Origin: Pseudomonadota bacterium
Lineage (GTDB): Bacteria > Desulfobacterota > Desulfobacteria > Desulfobacterales > RPRI01
NCBI GenBank assembly: GCA_043825875.1
Contig: JBDRRF010000018.1
Coordinates: forward strand, 1-64,000
Length of the DNA: 64,000 bases
Reading direction: 5' to 3'
Position numbers and translations under genes: made by a program
Shown: positions 47,996 to 57,906 of the stretch, piece after piece
How the letters are laid out: each line of letters opens with the position of its first letter
Position numbering within the stretch: the first letter of the stretch is position 1
Notes under the pieces: generated by a model
The model's input: only the letters and a program-made list of their open reading frames with translations
What the model was told of the DNA's origin: nothing
Database searches by the model: none

Positions 47996-48823
47996 ATGAT
48001 AACATCAGGTAAAATAGCAAAAAAAACCGCTGCGTTTTTAAGAAAATATATCAAAAATATCCCTAAAATAGCTATTCTTTCCGGTACCGGTTTAAGTGAA
48101 AGCATGCAAGCAATGGATATTTCTTATTCCTGCCGGTATGAGGATATCCCTAATTTCCCGGTTTCTACGGTTGAAAGCCATATAAGCAAGCTTCTTGTTG
48201 GAAAATTTGAAGAACATGAAGTTATAGTCCTGCAGGGGCGTTTTCATCTCTACGAAGGTTACTCGCCTCTTGAGGTTACTTTTCCCATAAGGGTTATGCA
48301 GGAACTTGGGATAAAATTTCTGATTTTAACAAACGCCGCAGGGGGTCTTAATACATCATTTTCTTCCGGGGATATAATGCTAATAACAGATCATATAAAC
48401 CTGACCGGCTATAATCCGCTTGTTGGTTCTAATGACGATAGCCTGGGTGTCAGGTTTCCTGATATGAGTGCAGTATATGATAAAAAATTAATTGAATCCG
48501 CTTTAAATGCAGCAAAAGAAGAAAACCTGTCTTTGAAGAAAGGAGTTTATGCCGGACTTTTGGGACCTTCCCTTGAAACTCCCGCAGAAGTCCGGTTTTT
48601 AAAAACAATAGGCGCCGATGCAGTTGGCTTTTCCACCGTGCAGGAAGTAATTGCCGGTGTTCATGCCGGTATGAGGATTCTCGGTCTTTCGGCAATAACC
48701 AATGTTCATAACCCTGATAACCCTTCACCTTCTTCAATTGATGAAATCATTGAAACAGCAAGAAACATAACTCCCAAAATAGGAGTAATAATAAGAAAGG
48801 TTATAAGAGATATTAATGAATGA
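47996..48823 (+). CDS. punA: Purine-nucleoside phosphorylase (trimeric type)
   Basis: GRFHLYEG, TNAAGG, DHIN, GPSLETPAE, GADAVG.ST. Confidence 0.88.
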   Translation: MITSGKIAKKTAAFLRKYIKNIPKIAILSGTGLSESMQAMDISYSCRYEDIPNFPVSTVESHISKLLVGKFEEHEVIVLQGRFHLYEGYSPLEVTFPIRVMQELGIKFLILTNAAGGLNTSFSSGDIMLITDHINLTGYNPLVGSNDDSLGVRFPDMSAVYDKKLIESALNAAKEENLSLKKGVYAGLLGPSLETPAEVRFLKTIGADAVGFSTVQEVIAGVHAGMRILGLSAITNVHNPDNPSPSSIDEIIETARNITPKIGVIIRKVIRDINE

Positions 48824-50126
48824 GCTTTCTGCGGATATTCTGATATTAAACGGTACTCTTATTTTAATGGACCGTGATAATACCGTAATAGAAAATGGCG
48901 CTGTGGCTGTGAAAAAAGATATCATAACAGCAACAGGCAAAGCCGAGGAGCTCTCTCCATATAAGGCAGCAAAAATAATAGACGCAAATGGCGGCATAAT
49001 TATGCCTGGACTTATAAATGCGCATACCCATGCGTCAATGGCTATATTCAGGGGCCTTGCAGATGATCTGCCTCTTATGGACTGGCTAAATGACCATATT
49101 TTTCCGGCAGAATCGAAGCTCACTCCGGAAAGAGTTTATGACGGCGCCCTTCTTGCCTGTGCTGAAATGATTCAATCAGGAATAACATGCTTTTGCGACA
49201 TGTATCTTTTTGAAGACCATGTTGCAAAAGCTGCTTCTGATGCGGGTATACGTGCGGTAGTTGGTGAAGTGCTTTATGATTTTCCTTCGCCAAATTACGG
49301 GCCTATAGAAAAAGGCTTTTTATATACTCAAATGCTTATCGAAAAGTATCATAATGATCCTTTGATAAAGATTGCCGTTGAGCCTCATTCCACATATCTT
49401 TGCGCACCTGAACTTCTTAAAAATGCAGCTTTGCTTGCTAAAAAAAATGATCTTTTACTGGTTATTCATGTTGCAGAAACTGAAAGTGAAATCTTGCAAA
49501 TAAAAGAGAAATACGGGCTTACGCCTGTAGGATTCTTAGAAGATATCGGAGTATTGTCTTCAAACCTTCTTGCCTGCCACTGTGTTCATTTGACCGATAA
49601 TGACATTTCGCTTTTAAAAAAATATGATGTAAAAATTGCCCATAATCCTGAAAGCAACATGAAACTTGCTTCAGGTATTGCTCCTGTTCCAAAATTATTG
49701 GAACAGGTAATATGCGTGGGCATCGGAACAGACGGTTGTGCAAGCAATAACAATCTTGATATTTTCCATGAAATGAGTATGGCTGCAAAACTTGGTAAAG
49801 TCAGCACTCTCGATCCCACTGCAATGAACGCCGAATCGGTTTTGGAAATGGCAACCATAGATGGAGCAAGGGCTCTTGGCATATCTGATATAACCGGTTC
49901 CATCGAAGTAGGTAAAAAGGCCGATGTAATAATCATTGATACAAAAAAGCCTCATCTCACTCCCATGTATAATCCGGTATCTGTTCTTGTACATGCCGTA
50001 AGAGCAAGTGATGTAAAAACATCTATTATAAACGGCAAAGTAGTTATGGAAAACGGAAAGCTTCTCACATTAGATATTAAAAAAGCAGCAGAAAAAGTCA
50101 GAAACATTGCGCTGGATATGATTTGA
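48816..50126 (+). CDS. MTA/SAH/5'-deoxyadenosine deaminase-like amidohydrolase (paralog 1)
   Basis: PGLINAHTH, HVAET, HNPESNMKLASG, GTDG..SNN.LD. Confidence 0.85.
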   Translation: MNELSADILILNGTLILMDRDNTVIENGAVAVKKDIITATGKAEELSPYKAAKIIDANGGIIMPGLINAHTHASMAIFRGLADDLPLMDWLNDHIFPAESKLTPERVYDGALLACAEMIQSGITCFCDMYLFEDHVAKAASDAGIRAVVGEVLYDFPSPNYGPIEKGFLYTQMLIEKYHNDPLIKIAVEPHSTYLCAPELLKNAALLAKKNDLLLVIHVAETESEILQIKEKYGLTPVGFLEDIGVLSSNLLACHCVHLTDNDISLLKKYDVKIAHNPESNMKLASGIAPVPKLLEQVICVGIGTDGCASNNNLDIFHEMSMAAKLGKVSTLDPTAMNAESVLEMATIDGARALGISDITGSIEVGKKADVIIIDTKKPHLTPMYNPVSVLVHAVRASDVKTSIINGKVVMENGKLLTLDIKKAAEKVRNIALDMI

Positions 50127-50128
50127 TC

Positions 50129-51457
50129 ATGAAATACGATATTATAATTCATAATGGAATAATCGTAACGGTTAATGAAGATTTTGATATTATAAAAGAC
50201 GGCATTGTCTTTATTAATGACGGCAAGATAGTAGAAGTATCATCAAAACCCTTAAACAACCCCCTTCTGGAAGCAAAAGAAATAATTGATGCGGCAGGCG
50301 GGATAATAATGCCTGGGCTGGTAAATACTCACACACATCTTCCGATGACTATCTTAAGAGGTATAGGCGATGACCTTTTGCTTTCCGAATGGCTCAATAA
50401 TTATATTTTCCCTTTAGAAGCAAAGTATATGAATCCCGAAACTGTAAGGGTTGCTTCTTATCTTGGATGTGCCGAAATGCTGCTTTCGGGCACTACAAGT
50501 TGCTGTGACGGATATTTTTTTGAGGAAGAAGTTGCACAAGCCGTGCTTGAATCCGGGATGCGCGCTGTTTTAGGGCATGGCGTGATTGATTTTGCCGCAC
50601 CAGGAGTTTTGGATCCGGCAAACAATATAAAAACAGCTCTGAATTTTGTGCAAAAATGGCAAAACGTATCTTCATTGATTACACCCTCAATTTTTTGCCA
50701 TTCACCTTACACATGTTCGGAAGAGACACTTAAAAAAGCAAAACAGATTGCTTCATCTCGCAAATTACTTTTTCAGATTCATGTGGCTGAAACCAAAGAT
50801 GAATTTGATACGATCATGGCAAAGCATTCGGTTTCACCTGTAAAGTATCTTGAACAAACAGGGATTCTTGATAAAAACACACTTCTTGTTCATGCTGTTT
50901 GGATTGATGAAAAGGATATAAAGATTATATCAAAGCATAACTCAAAAATTTCCCATAATCCCCAGAGCAATATGAAACTTGCATCCGGAATATCACCTGT
51001 GCCGAAAATTTTGAATGAAAAAATTACAGTCGGGCTTGGAACTGACGGTTGTGCAAGCAATAATGACCCGGATATGTTTAAAGAGATGGATGTTGCAGCA
51101 AAGCTGCATAAGGTTAATGTCCTTGATCCAACAGTTATGGATGCCGAAACCGTAGTTAAAATGGCAACAATTAAAGGCGCAGAAGCTATAGGAATTGGCA
51201 ATGAAACCGGAAGTATTGAAAAAGGGAAACAGGCTGATATCATCATAATAGATACTGATTCTCCGCATTTAATCCCGATGTATCACCCTGTTTCTCACAT
51301 AGTATATTCGGCAACAGGCTCGGATGTCAGAGATGTTCTTGTTTCCGGGAAAGTGGTAGTAAGGAATAAAAAGCTTTTAACCCTGGATATAGAAGATATT
51401 ATGGATAAAATAAATCTTCTTGCCTCCAAGATAAAAAAAGATCCGATAATGATATGA
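50129..51457 (+). CDS. MTA/SAH/5'-deoxyadenosine deaminase-like amidohydrolase (paralog 2)
   Basis: PGLVNTHTH, HVAET, HNPQSNMKLASG, GTDGCASNND. Confidence 0.85.
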   Translation: MKYDIIIHNGIIVTVNEDFDIIKDGIVFINDGKIVEVSSKPLNNPLLEAKEIIDAAGGIIMPGLVNTHTHLPMTILRGIGDDLLLSEWLNNYIFPLEAKYMNPETVRVASYLGCAEMLLSGTTSCCDGYFFEEEVAQAVLESGMRAVLGHGVIDFAAPGVLDPANNIKTALNFVQKWQNVSSLITPSIFCHSPYTCSEETLKKAKQIASSRKLLFQIHVAETKDEFDTIMAKHSVSPVKYLEQTGILDKNTLLVHAVWIDEKDIKIISKHNSKISHNPQSNMKLASGISPVPKILNEKITVGLGTDGCASNNDPDMFKEMDVAAKLHKVNVLDPTVMDAETVVKMATIKGAEAIGIGNETGSIEKGKQADIIIIDTDSPHLIPMYHPVSHIVYSATGSDVRDVLVSGKVVVRNKKLLTLDIEDIMDKINLLASKIKKDPIMI

Positions 51458-53166
51458 ATCTTGGCTTAAAAATAAAAGCTTCCTTTGGAGATTTAGAAGC
51501 AGACATTCTTTTTACAAATGCCCGCATCATAAATGTGTTTTCAGGCGAAATCATGCCTGAAAATTTTGCTGTTACCGGGGGCTTTTTTTCAGGTTTTGGA
51601 TCTTACAAAGCAAAAAAAATTGTTGATCTTAAAAACAGCTTTGTTGCACCTGGTTTTATTGACGCTCACGTTCATATAGAAAGTTCCATGGCCTGTATAA
51701 CGGAATTTGCAAGAGCGGTTTTTCCCAGAGGCACTACCTGTGTTATTGCAGACCCGCACGAGATTGCAAATGTTTTGGGAAAAGCGGGAATTGATTATAT
51801 GATCGAATCAAGCAGGAATCAGCCGATTGATATATACTTTTCCTTACCTTCTTGTGTTCCGGCAAGTGATATGGAAACTTCAGGCGCAAAACTTACTGCT
51901 AATGATCTTTTTCCCTATATGAATAACGAACGCATTGTATCACTTGCCGAAGTGATGAACTTTCCAGGTGTTATTTACGGCGATCAGGATATTCTTGCTA
52001 AAATAGAGCTTTCAAAAAAATATAAAAAACCTATCGATGGGCATGCTCCATGTTTATTCGGTAAAAACCTTTATGCGTATTTAGCGGCAGGTATTTCAAG
52101 CGACCATGAATGCACAACAATTGCAGAAGCAAAAGAAAAGTTGTCGGCCGGAATGCATATAATGGTAAGAGAAGGTACTGCTGCTAAAAATCTTACCGTT
52201 TTGCTTCCTCTTATAAATGGAAAGAATTTTCATCGGATTATGTGGTGTACCGATGACCGCCACCCCGGCGATATTATCAATAGAGGTCATATAGATTCAA
52301 TGGTACAAGAAGCCGTAAGATACGGAATTGATCCTATTACTGCAATACGGATGGCAACTATAAACCCTGCGAACTATTTCGGTCTTTATGAAAAAGGCGC
52401 TATCGCTCCGGGAAGGCATGCCGATTTTGTTGTATTTAATGATTTGAATAATCCTGTAATAGAAAAGGTATATTCAAAAGGAATACTTTTGGCACAAAAC
52501 GGTGTAATAGAAAATAAGGTTAGAAAGCCTGAACCGGTTTTACTGCCTTCTGCAATGAATGTTGAAATAAGCGATATTGATTTTTCCATTTCTTATAAAT
52601 CTGAAAAAATAAAAGTAATAGAAATTATACCGGATCAGATTATAACACGCCATATTGTTTCAAAAGCAAAAATTGTAAACGGTATGGCTGTTTCCGATAT
52701 ATCAAATGATATTTTAAAAATCTGTGTTATTGAAAGGCACAAAGGCACAAGTAATATCGGCAAAGGTTTTGTTAAAGGCCTGGGCTTTATAAAAGGGGCC
52801 ATTGCATCAAGCGTTGCCCATGATTCCCACAATATAATTGTTGCAGGAACAAATGATGAAGATATGAAAGTCGCAGCGAAAGCGGTTATTCAAATGGGCG
52901 GTGGCCTATCGGCAGCATGTGACGGAAATGTTTGCGCAACGCTTTGTCTTCCTATTGCCGGCCTGATGTCGAATGAAACCGTTTGTGATATTGACAGAGA
53001 TATGAAACATCTTGTTTCAATTACTCAATCTTTCGGCTCATTACTTGCCGATCCGTTTATGGCTCTCTCATTTCTCGCCCTTCCCGTAATTCCTGAACTT
53101 AAAATTACCGATAAAGGGCTTGTTGATGTTGATAAGTTTTGTATAGTACCGCTTTTTGAATCGTAA
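51454..53166 (+). CDS. ade: Adenine deaminase
   Basis: PGFIDAHVHIESS, DPHEIANV, DGHAP, SDHE, TDD, AHDSHN, LPVIP.LK. Confidence 0.93.
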   Translation: MNLGLKIKASFGDLEADILFTNARIINVFSGEIMPENFAVTGGFFSGFGSYKAKKIVDLKNSFVAPGFIDAHVHIESSMACITEFARAVFPRGTTCVIADPHEIANVLGKAGIDYMIESSRNQPIDIYFSLPSCVPASDMETSGAKLTANDLFPYMNNERIVSLAEVMNFPGVIYGDQDILAKIELSKKYKKPIDGHAPCLFGKNLYAYLAAGISSDHECTTIAEAKEKLSAGMHIMVREGTAAKNLTVLLPLINGKNFHRIMWCTDDRHPGDIINRGHIDSMVQEAVRYGIDPITAIRMATINPANYFGLYEKGAIAPGRHADFVVFNDLNNPVIEKVYSKGILLAQNGVIENKVRKPEPVLLPSAMNVEISDIDFSISYKSEKIKVIEIIPDQIITRHIVSKAKIVNGMAVSDISNDILKICVIERHKGTSNIGKGFVKGLGFIKGAIASSVAHDSHNIIVAGTNDEDMKVAAKAVIQMGGGLSAACDGNVCATLCLPIAGLMSNETVCDIDRDMKHLVSITQSFGSLLADPFMALSFLALPVIPELKITDKGLVDVDKFCIVPLFES

Positions 53167-53222
53167 GAACAAATATTTTTTTAGGAGAAGAATTAAATAC
53201 TTATTGCAAGACTCAAGTTGTT

Positions 53223-53256
53223 CTTGAACCCTCGAACCCTTGACTCATTGAACCCT
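53223..53256. repeat. Short octamer tandem repeats
   Basis: cttgaacc-ctcgaacc-cttgactc-attgaacc. Confidence 0.55.
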
Positions 53257-53290
53257 AATATTTTGTACAAAAAAACAGAAAGAAAAACAA

Positions 53291-54412
53291 ATGATAGAAT
53301 CAAAATCGCCCCTCCCAATACCTCTTCGGCCAATATGGCTTGATGACAACCAGGAAGCGGTCAAAATTATTGACCAGAGACTTCTTCCTCACAAGTTTAT
53401 CATCGTTGATCTTAAAACCGTTGATGATGTGATAACTGCGATTAAAGATATGTATGTAAGAGGCGCTCCTCTTATAGGAGTAACAGCAGCATACGGTGTT
53501 TATCTTGCCGTACTAAGTCTTTTAAAAAATCAAATCGGAGATGATTTTATTATAAATGAGTGTAAAAGAATAAAATCTGCAAGGCCTACGGCTATAAATC
53601 TTGTATGGGCAGTTGACAGAGTATTAAAAAAGGTTCTTTCTGTTGATAAAATTCAAGATAAAATTATTGCAGCTCGAGATGAGGCAGCAACAATAGCTGA
53701 AGAAGAAGTTAAGAACTGCAAGGATATAGGCCTTCATGGCCTTGAAATAATAGATGAGATAAGCCGAAACAAAAACAATGCTACAGTAAATATTTTAACT
53801 CATTGTAATGCCGGCTGGCTTGCCTGTGTAGAATACGGCACAGCAACAGCTCCAATTTATGCTGCTCATGAAAAAGGGATAGATGTCCATGTCTGGGTTG
53901 ATGAAACAAGACCGCTTAATCAGGGAGCCAGATTAACAGCATGGGAGTTGGGAAAAAGCGGTGTAAAACATACGGTAATAACCGACAATGCAGGCGGGCA
54001 CCTTATGCAAAACGATATGGTTGATCTTGTAATTGTTGGAACCGACAGAACAACATATAAAGGAGATGTCGCAAACAAGATAGGTACTTATCTGAAAGCT
54101 TTGGCGGCAAAAGATAATAATATCCCTTTTTATGTAGCCCTTCCATCCAGCACTTTTGATTGGGATATAGACAGTATAAAGGATATGCCTATTGAATTGC
54201 GCGATCCGGATGAAGTGCGTTATGTTCAGGGACTTGATATAGATATTATAAAAAACGTTCTTATTACTCCAAAAGAAAGCCCTGCTGCTAATTTTGCTTT
54301 TGATGTCACCCCTTCAAGGCTTGTTACCGGTTTTATAACAGAAAGAGGGATTTGCAATTCTGAAAATATCGATGAGCTTTTTCCGGATAAGATAAAGATG
54401 AAATTTTCTTAA
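53291..54412 (+). CDS. mtnA: S-methyl-5-thioribose-1-phosphate isomerase
   Basis: IDQR.LP, VRGAP.IG, RPTA.NL, THCNAG.LA, ETRP..QG.RLT.WE, ANKIGT, FDVTP. Confidence 0.93.
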   Translation: MIESKSPLPIPLRPIWLDDNQEAVKIIDQRLLPHKFIIVDLKTVDDVITAIKDMYVRGAPLIGVTAAYGVYLAVLSLLKNQIGDDFIINECKRIKSARPTAINLVWAVDRVLKKVLSVDKIQDKIIAARDEAATIAEEEVKNCKDIGLHGLEIIDEISRNKNNATVNILTHCNAGWLACVEYGTATAPIYAAHEKGIDVHVWVDETRPLNQGARLTAWELGKSGVKHTVITDNAGGHLMQNDMVDLVIVGTDRTTYKGDVANKIGTYLKALAAKDNNIPFYVALPSSTFDWDIDSIKDMPIELRDPDEVRYVQGLDIDIIKNVLITPKESPAANFAFDVTPSRLVTGFITERGICNSENIDELFPDKIKMKFS

Positions 54413-54530
54413 AAGAACATGAATTGTAATTTGCTTGACAACGTGATTTGCCTAGAATAGGTTTTCCAAAAGAACAAATACTTATAATTTTAGATCAAAT
54501 TTAATATATATCAGCCTCATTAAAAGAGGA

Positions 54531-55988
54531 ATGTACCATATGAAGATTGACAGAAAGATTATTTTCGGTTTGTTTCTAATAGCACTAGTGATTCCTGCAA
54601 TTGTTTTTGGCAGCGACACCGAATCGCCGACAAATCATATGAGCTTAGGAGAAATTCTTCCGCTCTGGAGTTGTATCCCTTTTGGTTTTATGCTTCTTTC
54701 AATAGCGCTTTTTCCTCTGCTTGCTCCAAACTTCTGGCATCATCATTTCGGCAAAATTTCATTTTTCTGGGCAGCTCTGTTAGCCATTCCAGGGTTGGCT
54801 ATATTTCGCGGAATTGCTTTATATGAAATCCTTCATATTATAATCATTGATTACATACCTTTTATTATACTGCTCTGGTCGCTTTATGCCGTATCGGGTG
54901 GTATTTTGCTGCGCGGTACTCTGGTTGGGACCCCTATTGTAAATACCTGCATGCTTATAATAGGAACTTTGCTGGCTTCCTGGATGGGTACTACCGGAGC
55001 AGCAATGCTTATGATACGTCCTTTTTTGAGGGCAAACAGCCATCGCAAAAACCGAACTTTTATGGTGGTGTTTTTTATATTTTTAATCGCCAATGTTGGC
55101 GGTGCCCTGACGCCTTTGGGCGATCCACCGCTTTTTTTGGGTTTTTTACATGGCGTGCCTTTTTTCTGGACACTTAATATTGCTCCTCATATGATTCTTG
55201 TAGCAGGATTACTTCTTATAATTTATTTTTTTATGGATTCATATCACTTCCGCCGCGAGAAACCATCACCAATAAACCTAAATAAAAAAGTGCCTTTCGG
55301 GATAGAGGGAAAGCACAATTTCCTTTTAATAGCAGCAATTGTTGGTGCAGTTCTTATGAGCGGCATAGCAGACTGGGGAGAGGTTTCAATTTTCGGGGTA
55401 CACACTTCTTTGCAGGATCTGGTTCGTAACGGGCTTTTACTGATGATAGGAACTTTATCAATAGTAACCACAAAAATAACTATTTATGAAGAAAATAATT
55501 TTTCATGGGCGCCGATCATTGAAGTTGCTTATCTTTTTATCGGTATTTTTATTACTATGATTCCATGCTTGCTGATTTTAAAAGCAGGCAGCAAAGGAGC
55601 CCTTGCTTTTATTATTAATTCAGTTCAGGATCCGGTTCATTTTTTCTGGATTACAGGGATATTTTCGGCCTTTCTTGACAATGCACCTACTTATCTGACT
55701 TTTTTCAATACTGCTTTGGGAAGTTATTGTCCATCATTGCCGGAATCGGCTGCCATAGCTTATCTTATTGCCAAACACCCGATATATCTTGAGGCCATTT
55801 CTACAGGAGCTGTTTTTTTTGGAGCTTGCAGCTATATCGGCAATGCCCCCAATTTTATGGTACGATCTATAGCCGAAGAAGCAGGCACTCCTATGCCCAG
55901 CTTTTTCGGCTATATCATCAAATATACACTTTTGATACTTATTCCGGTTTATATATTAGTAACTTTTATCTTTTTCTGGGGCAGGTGA
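54531..55988 (+). CDS. Putative Na+/H+ antiporter / ion transporter (IT superfamily)
   Basis: Multi-TM; ANVGG.LTPLGDPPL, FLDNAPTY, YIGNAPNFMV. Confidence 0.8.
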   Translation: MYHMKIDRKIIFGLFLIALVIPAIVFGSDTESPTNHMSLGEILPLWSCIPFGFMLLSIALFPLLAPNFWHHHFGKISFFWAALLAIPGLAIFRGIALYEILHIIIIDYIPFIILLWSLYAVSGGILLRGTLVGTPIVNTCMLIIGTLLASWMGTTGAAMLMIRPFLRANSHRKNRTFMVVFFIFLIANVGGALTPLGDPPLFLGFLHGVPFFWTLNIAPHMILVAGLLLIIYFFMDSYHFRREKPSPINLNKKVPFGIEGKHNFLLIAAIVGAVLMSGIADWGEVSIFGVHTSLQDLVRNGLLLMIGTLSIVTTKITIYEENNFSWAPIIEVAYLFIGIFITMIPCLLILKAGSKGALAFIINSVQDPVHFFWITGIFSAFLDNAPTYLTFFNTALGSYCPSLPESAAIAYLIAKHPIYLEAISTGAVFFGACSYIGNAPNFMVRSIAEEAGTPMPSFFGYIIKYTLLILIPVYILVTFIFFWGR

Positions 55989-55991
55989 AAA

Positions 55992-56879
55992 ATGAAATTT
56001 GGAAAAATACTGTTTAATACACGTTTTAAAGACAATGCAATTAGCGCTCTTGAGGAGATGACAGATCTTAGAGCAATTGGTCTTAAAGAAGTCGTGCTGG
56101 TCTATGTTATCCCGAGAGACAGTGTAGCTTTTGTGCCTTATGGAGGTTATCAAAAAGAAAAAGAATTGGAAATTAAGAAAAAAGTATCAGATAAGTTTGA
56201 GAAGTGGGTTGATGTTCTTGCGAAAAAAGGGGTTAAAAGCAAAATACGTATTGAAGTCGGCATGCCGAATGCTGTAATCCTTTCCGTAGCTGAAAAAGAA
56301 AAAGTAGACATAATCGTTGCGGGAAGCAAAAAACGCTCATTACTGGAAAAAGTTTATGTGGGAACACACCTGCTGGATCTTGCACGCCGCAGCCCTATCC
56401 CGATATTGATGAACAAGTACCTGGCTGAATATGAAAAAGACGGTGAAATAATAACAAAGGTTAATGAGCATATTTTTGACCGTCCCATGATAGCTACGGA
56501 TTGGTCATGCCCTTCGGGAAACGCACTTGAAGCTCTGATATCTCTTAAGGGATTAGCTTCTAAAATTATAGTAGCTCATAATATCGGTTTTAAAATAACT
56601 AAAGCTATGAGCCCTGCCCAGTTTAAGGAAATTAAAAAAGAAAGCCGCAAGAGGCTTGAAGAATACCAAAATCGTCTGAAAGAAGTGGGTATTGATTCGG
56701 AAACCAGCCTGACTTCCGGACGGACTGTGCCTGAACTTATCAATGTTTCGCGAAAGCATAATGCCTCCATGATTGTTATGGGAAGAACAGGAAAAGACTG
56801 GCTCAGCCAATACTGGTTAGGCGGTGTATCTCACAGGATAGCTGAAACCTCAGAATTGCCTGTATTACTTATTCCCTAA
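55992..56879 (+). CDS. Tandem universal stress protein
   Basis: Two USP domains (G.P...IL, IV.G, ATD.S, G..G......LG.VS......PVL). Confidence 0.88.
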   Translation: MKFGKILFNTRFKDNAISALEEMTDLRAIGLKEVVLVYVIPRDSVAFVPYGGYQKEKELEIKKKVSDKFEKWVDVLAKKGVKSKIRIEVGMPNAVILSVAEKEKVDIIVAGSKKRSLLEKVYVGTHLLDLARRSPIPILMNKYLAEYEKDGEIITKVNEHIFDRPMIATDWSCPSGNALEALISLKGLASKIIVAHNIGFKITKAMSPAQFKEIKKESRKRLEEYQNRLKEVGIDSETSLTSGRTVPELINVSRKHNASMIVMGRTGKDWLSQYWLGGVSHRIAETSELPVLLIP

Positions 56880-56891
56880 CAATTATTATTT

Positions 56892-57034
56892 GAGCCAGTT
56901 CCAAAACGCCCCATTTTGGCCGATCTCTGCGTTGGGCTCAAATTTCAATCCTCAAAATACTAAATTGTATTCCTGCGGTTGAAATTTTCTCCCGCCTTGA
57001 GCTTGACCAAACTGAAACGTTTTGAAAGTGGCTC
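56892..57034 (+). mobile_element. MITE-like repeat, family A, copy 5
   Basis: Full copy; its end overlaps the motB TGA stop (57033-57035). Confidence 0.88.
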
Positions 57035-57905
57035 ATTCGTTATTATTTCCATTTAAAGGATTGCCAATTTTCTGTATCTCAGGTTTAGACATATTAATGG
57101 GTGAGTATTGATCCTTCTGGGCAGATCCTTTTTTATCAGACAATGACAGGGGTAAAAGAATGCTTACCCGTCTATTTGAAAAGTCTAAAGGCTTATCAGG
57201 AAGCCTTAGATTTCTGTCTGCAAAACCCCGCACTTCAAGTATCTGATCCTTTCGCAAGCCGCCTTCTTCCAGTATCTTTCTTGCACTGTTGGCTCTTTCG
57301 GTACTTAGTTCCCAGTTGGAATAGCCCGAAGAAGATACATAAGGTCTTGCATCTGTGTAGCCCTCAATTATGATTCCGTTTTTTAGTTTGCCCAGATGTG
57401 ATGCTGCAAGTACATGTAATAACTTTATCGTTTCAGGCTTTATTTGAGCTTTTCCTATATCAAAAAAAAGACCTTCGGATGCCTCAACAAGATTAATTCG
57501 CATACCCTCATTTGACACAGACACCATAATCTTATCCTTAAATCTTTCAAATTCCGGGGTCTGATCTATAGTTTTTGAGATTTTTGACGCTTCTGCCATA
57601 AGTGTCTCCATTTCAAAGGCACGTTTGTCTACTGGTATAGGCGCAGGCGACAATGACATTGGTTTTTGCTCATCAGGGAGAATCCCTCCGGCTCTGCCTT
57701 CCGAAAAAACTCCCGGGTCATTAAAATATGCGCCGATATATTGTTTTACCTCTTTGCTTTGTCCTACAATCCATAAAACTATAAAAAGCGCCATCATTGC
57801 GGTAACAAAGTCTGCATATGCAACCTTCCATGCTCCTCCGTGATGACCGCCATGACCACTTTTTTTCTTAATAATTATAATCGGGGGAAGTGTTTCATCG
57901 TCCAT
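57033..57905 (-). CDS. motB: Flagellar stator protein MotB
   Basis: WKVAYADFVTAMMALF, OmpA-like EGYTD..NWELS..RA..NRRV. Confidence 0.93.
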   Translation of the reverse strand: MDDETLPPIIIIKKKSGHGGHHGGAWKVAYADFVTAMMALFIVLWIVGQSKEVKQYIGAYFNDPGVFSEGRAGGILPDEQKPMSLSPAPIPVDKRAFEMETLMAEASKISKTIDQTPEFERFKDKIMVSVSNEGMRINLVEASEGLFFDIGKAQIKPETIKLLHVLAASHLGKLKNGIIIEGYTDARPYVSSSGYSNWELSTERANSARKILEEGGLRKDQILEVRGFADRNLRLPDKPLDFSNRRVSILLPLSLSDKKGSAQKDQYSPINMSKPEIQKIGNPLNGNNNE

Positions 57906-57906
57906 T

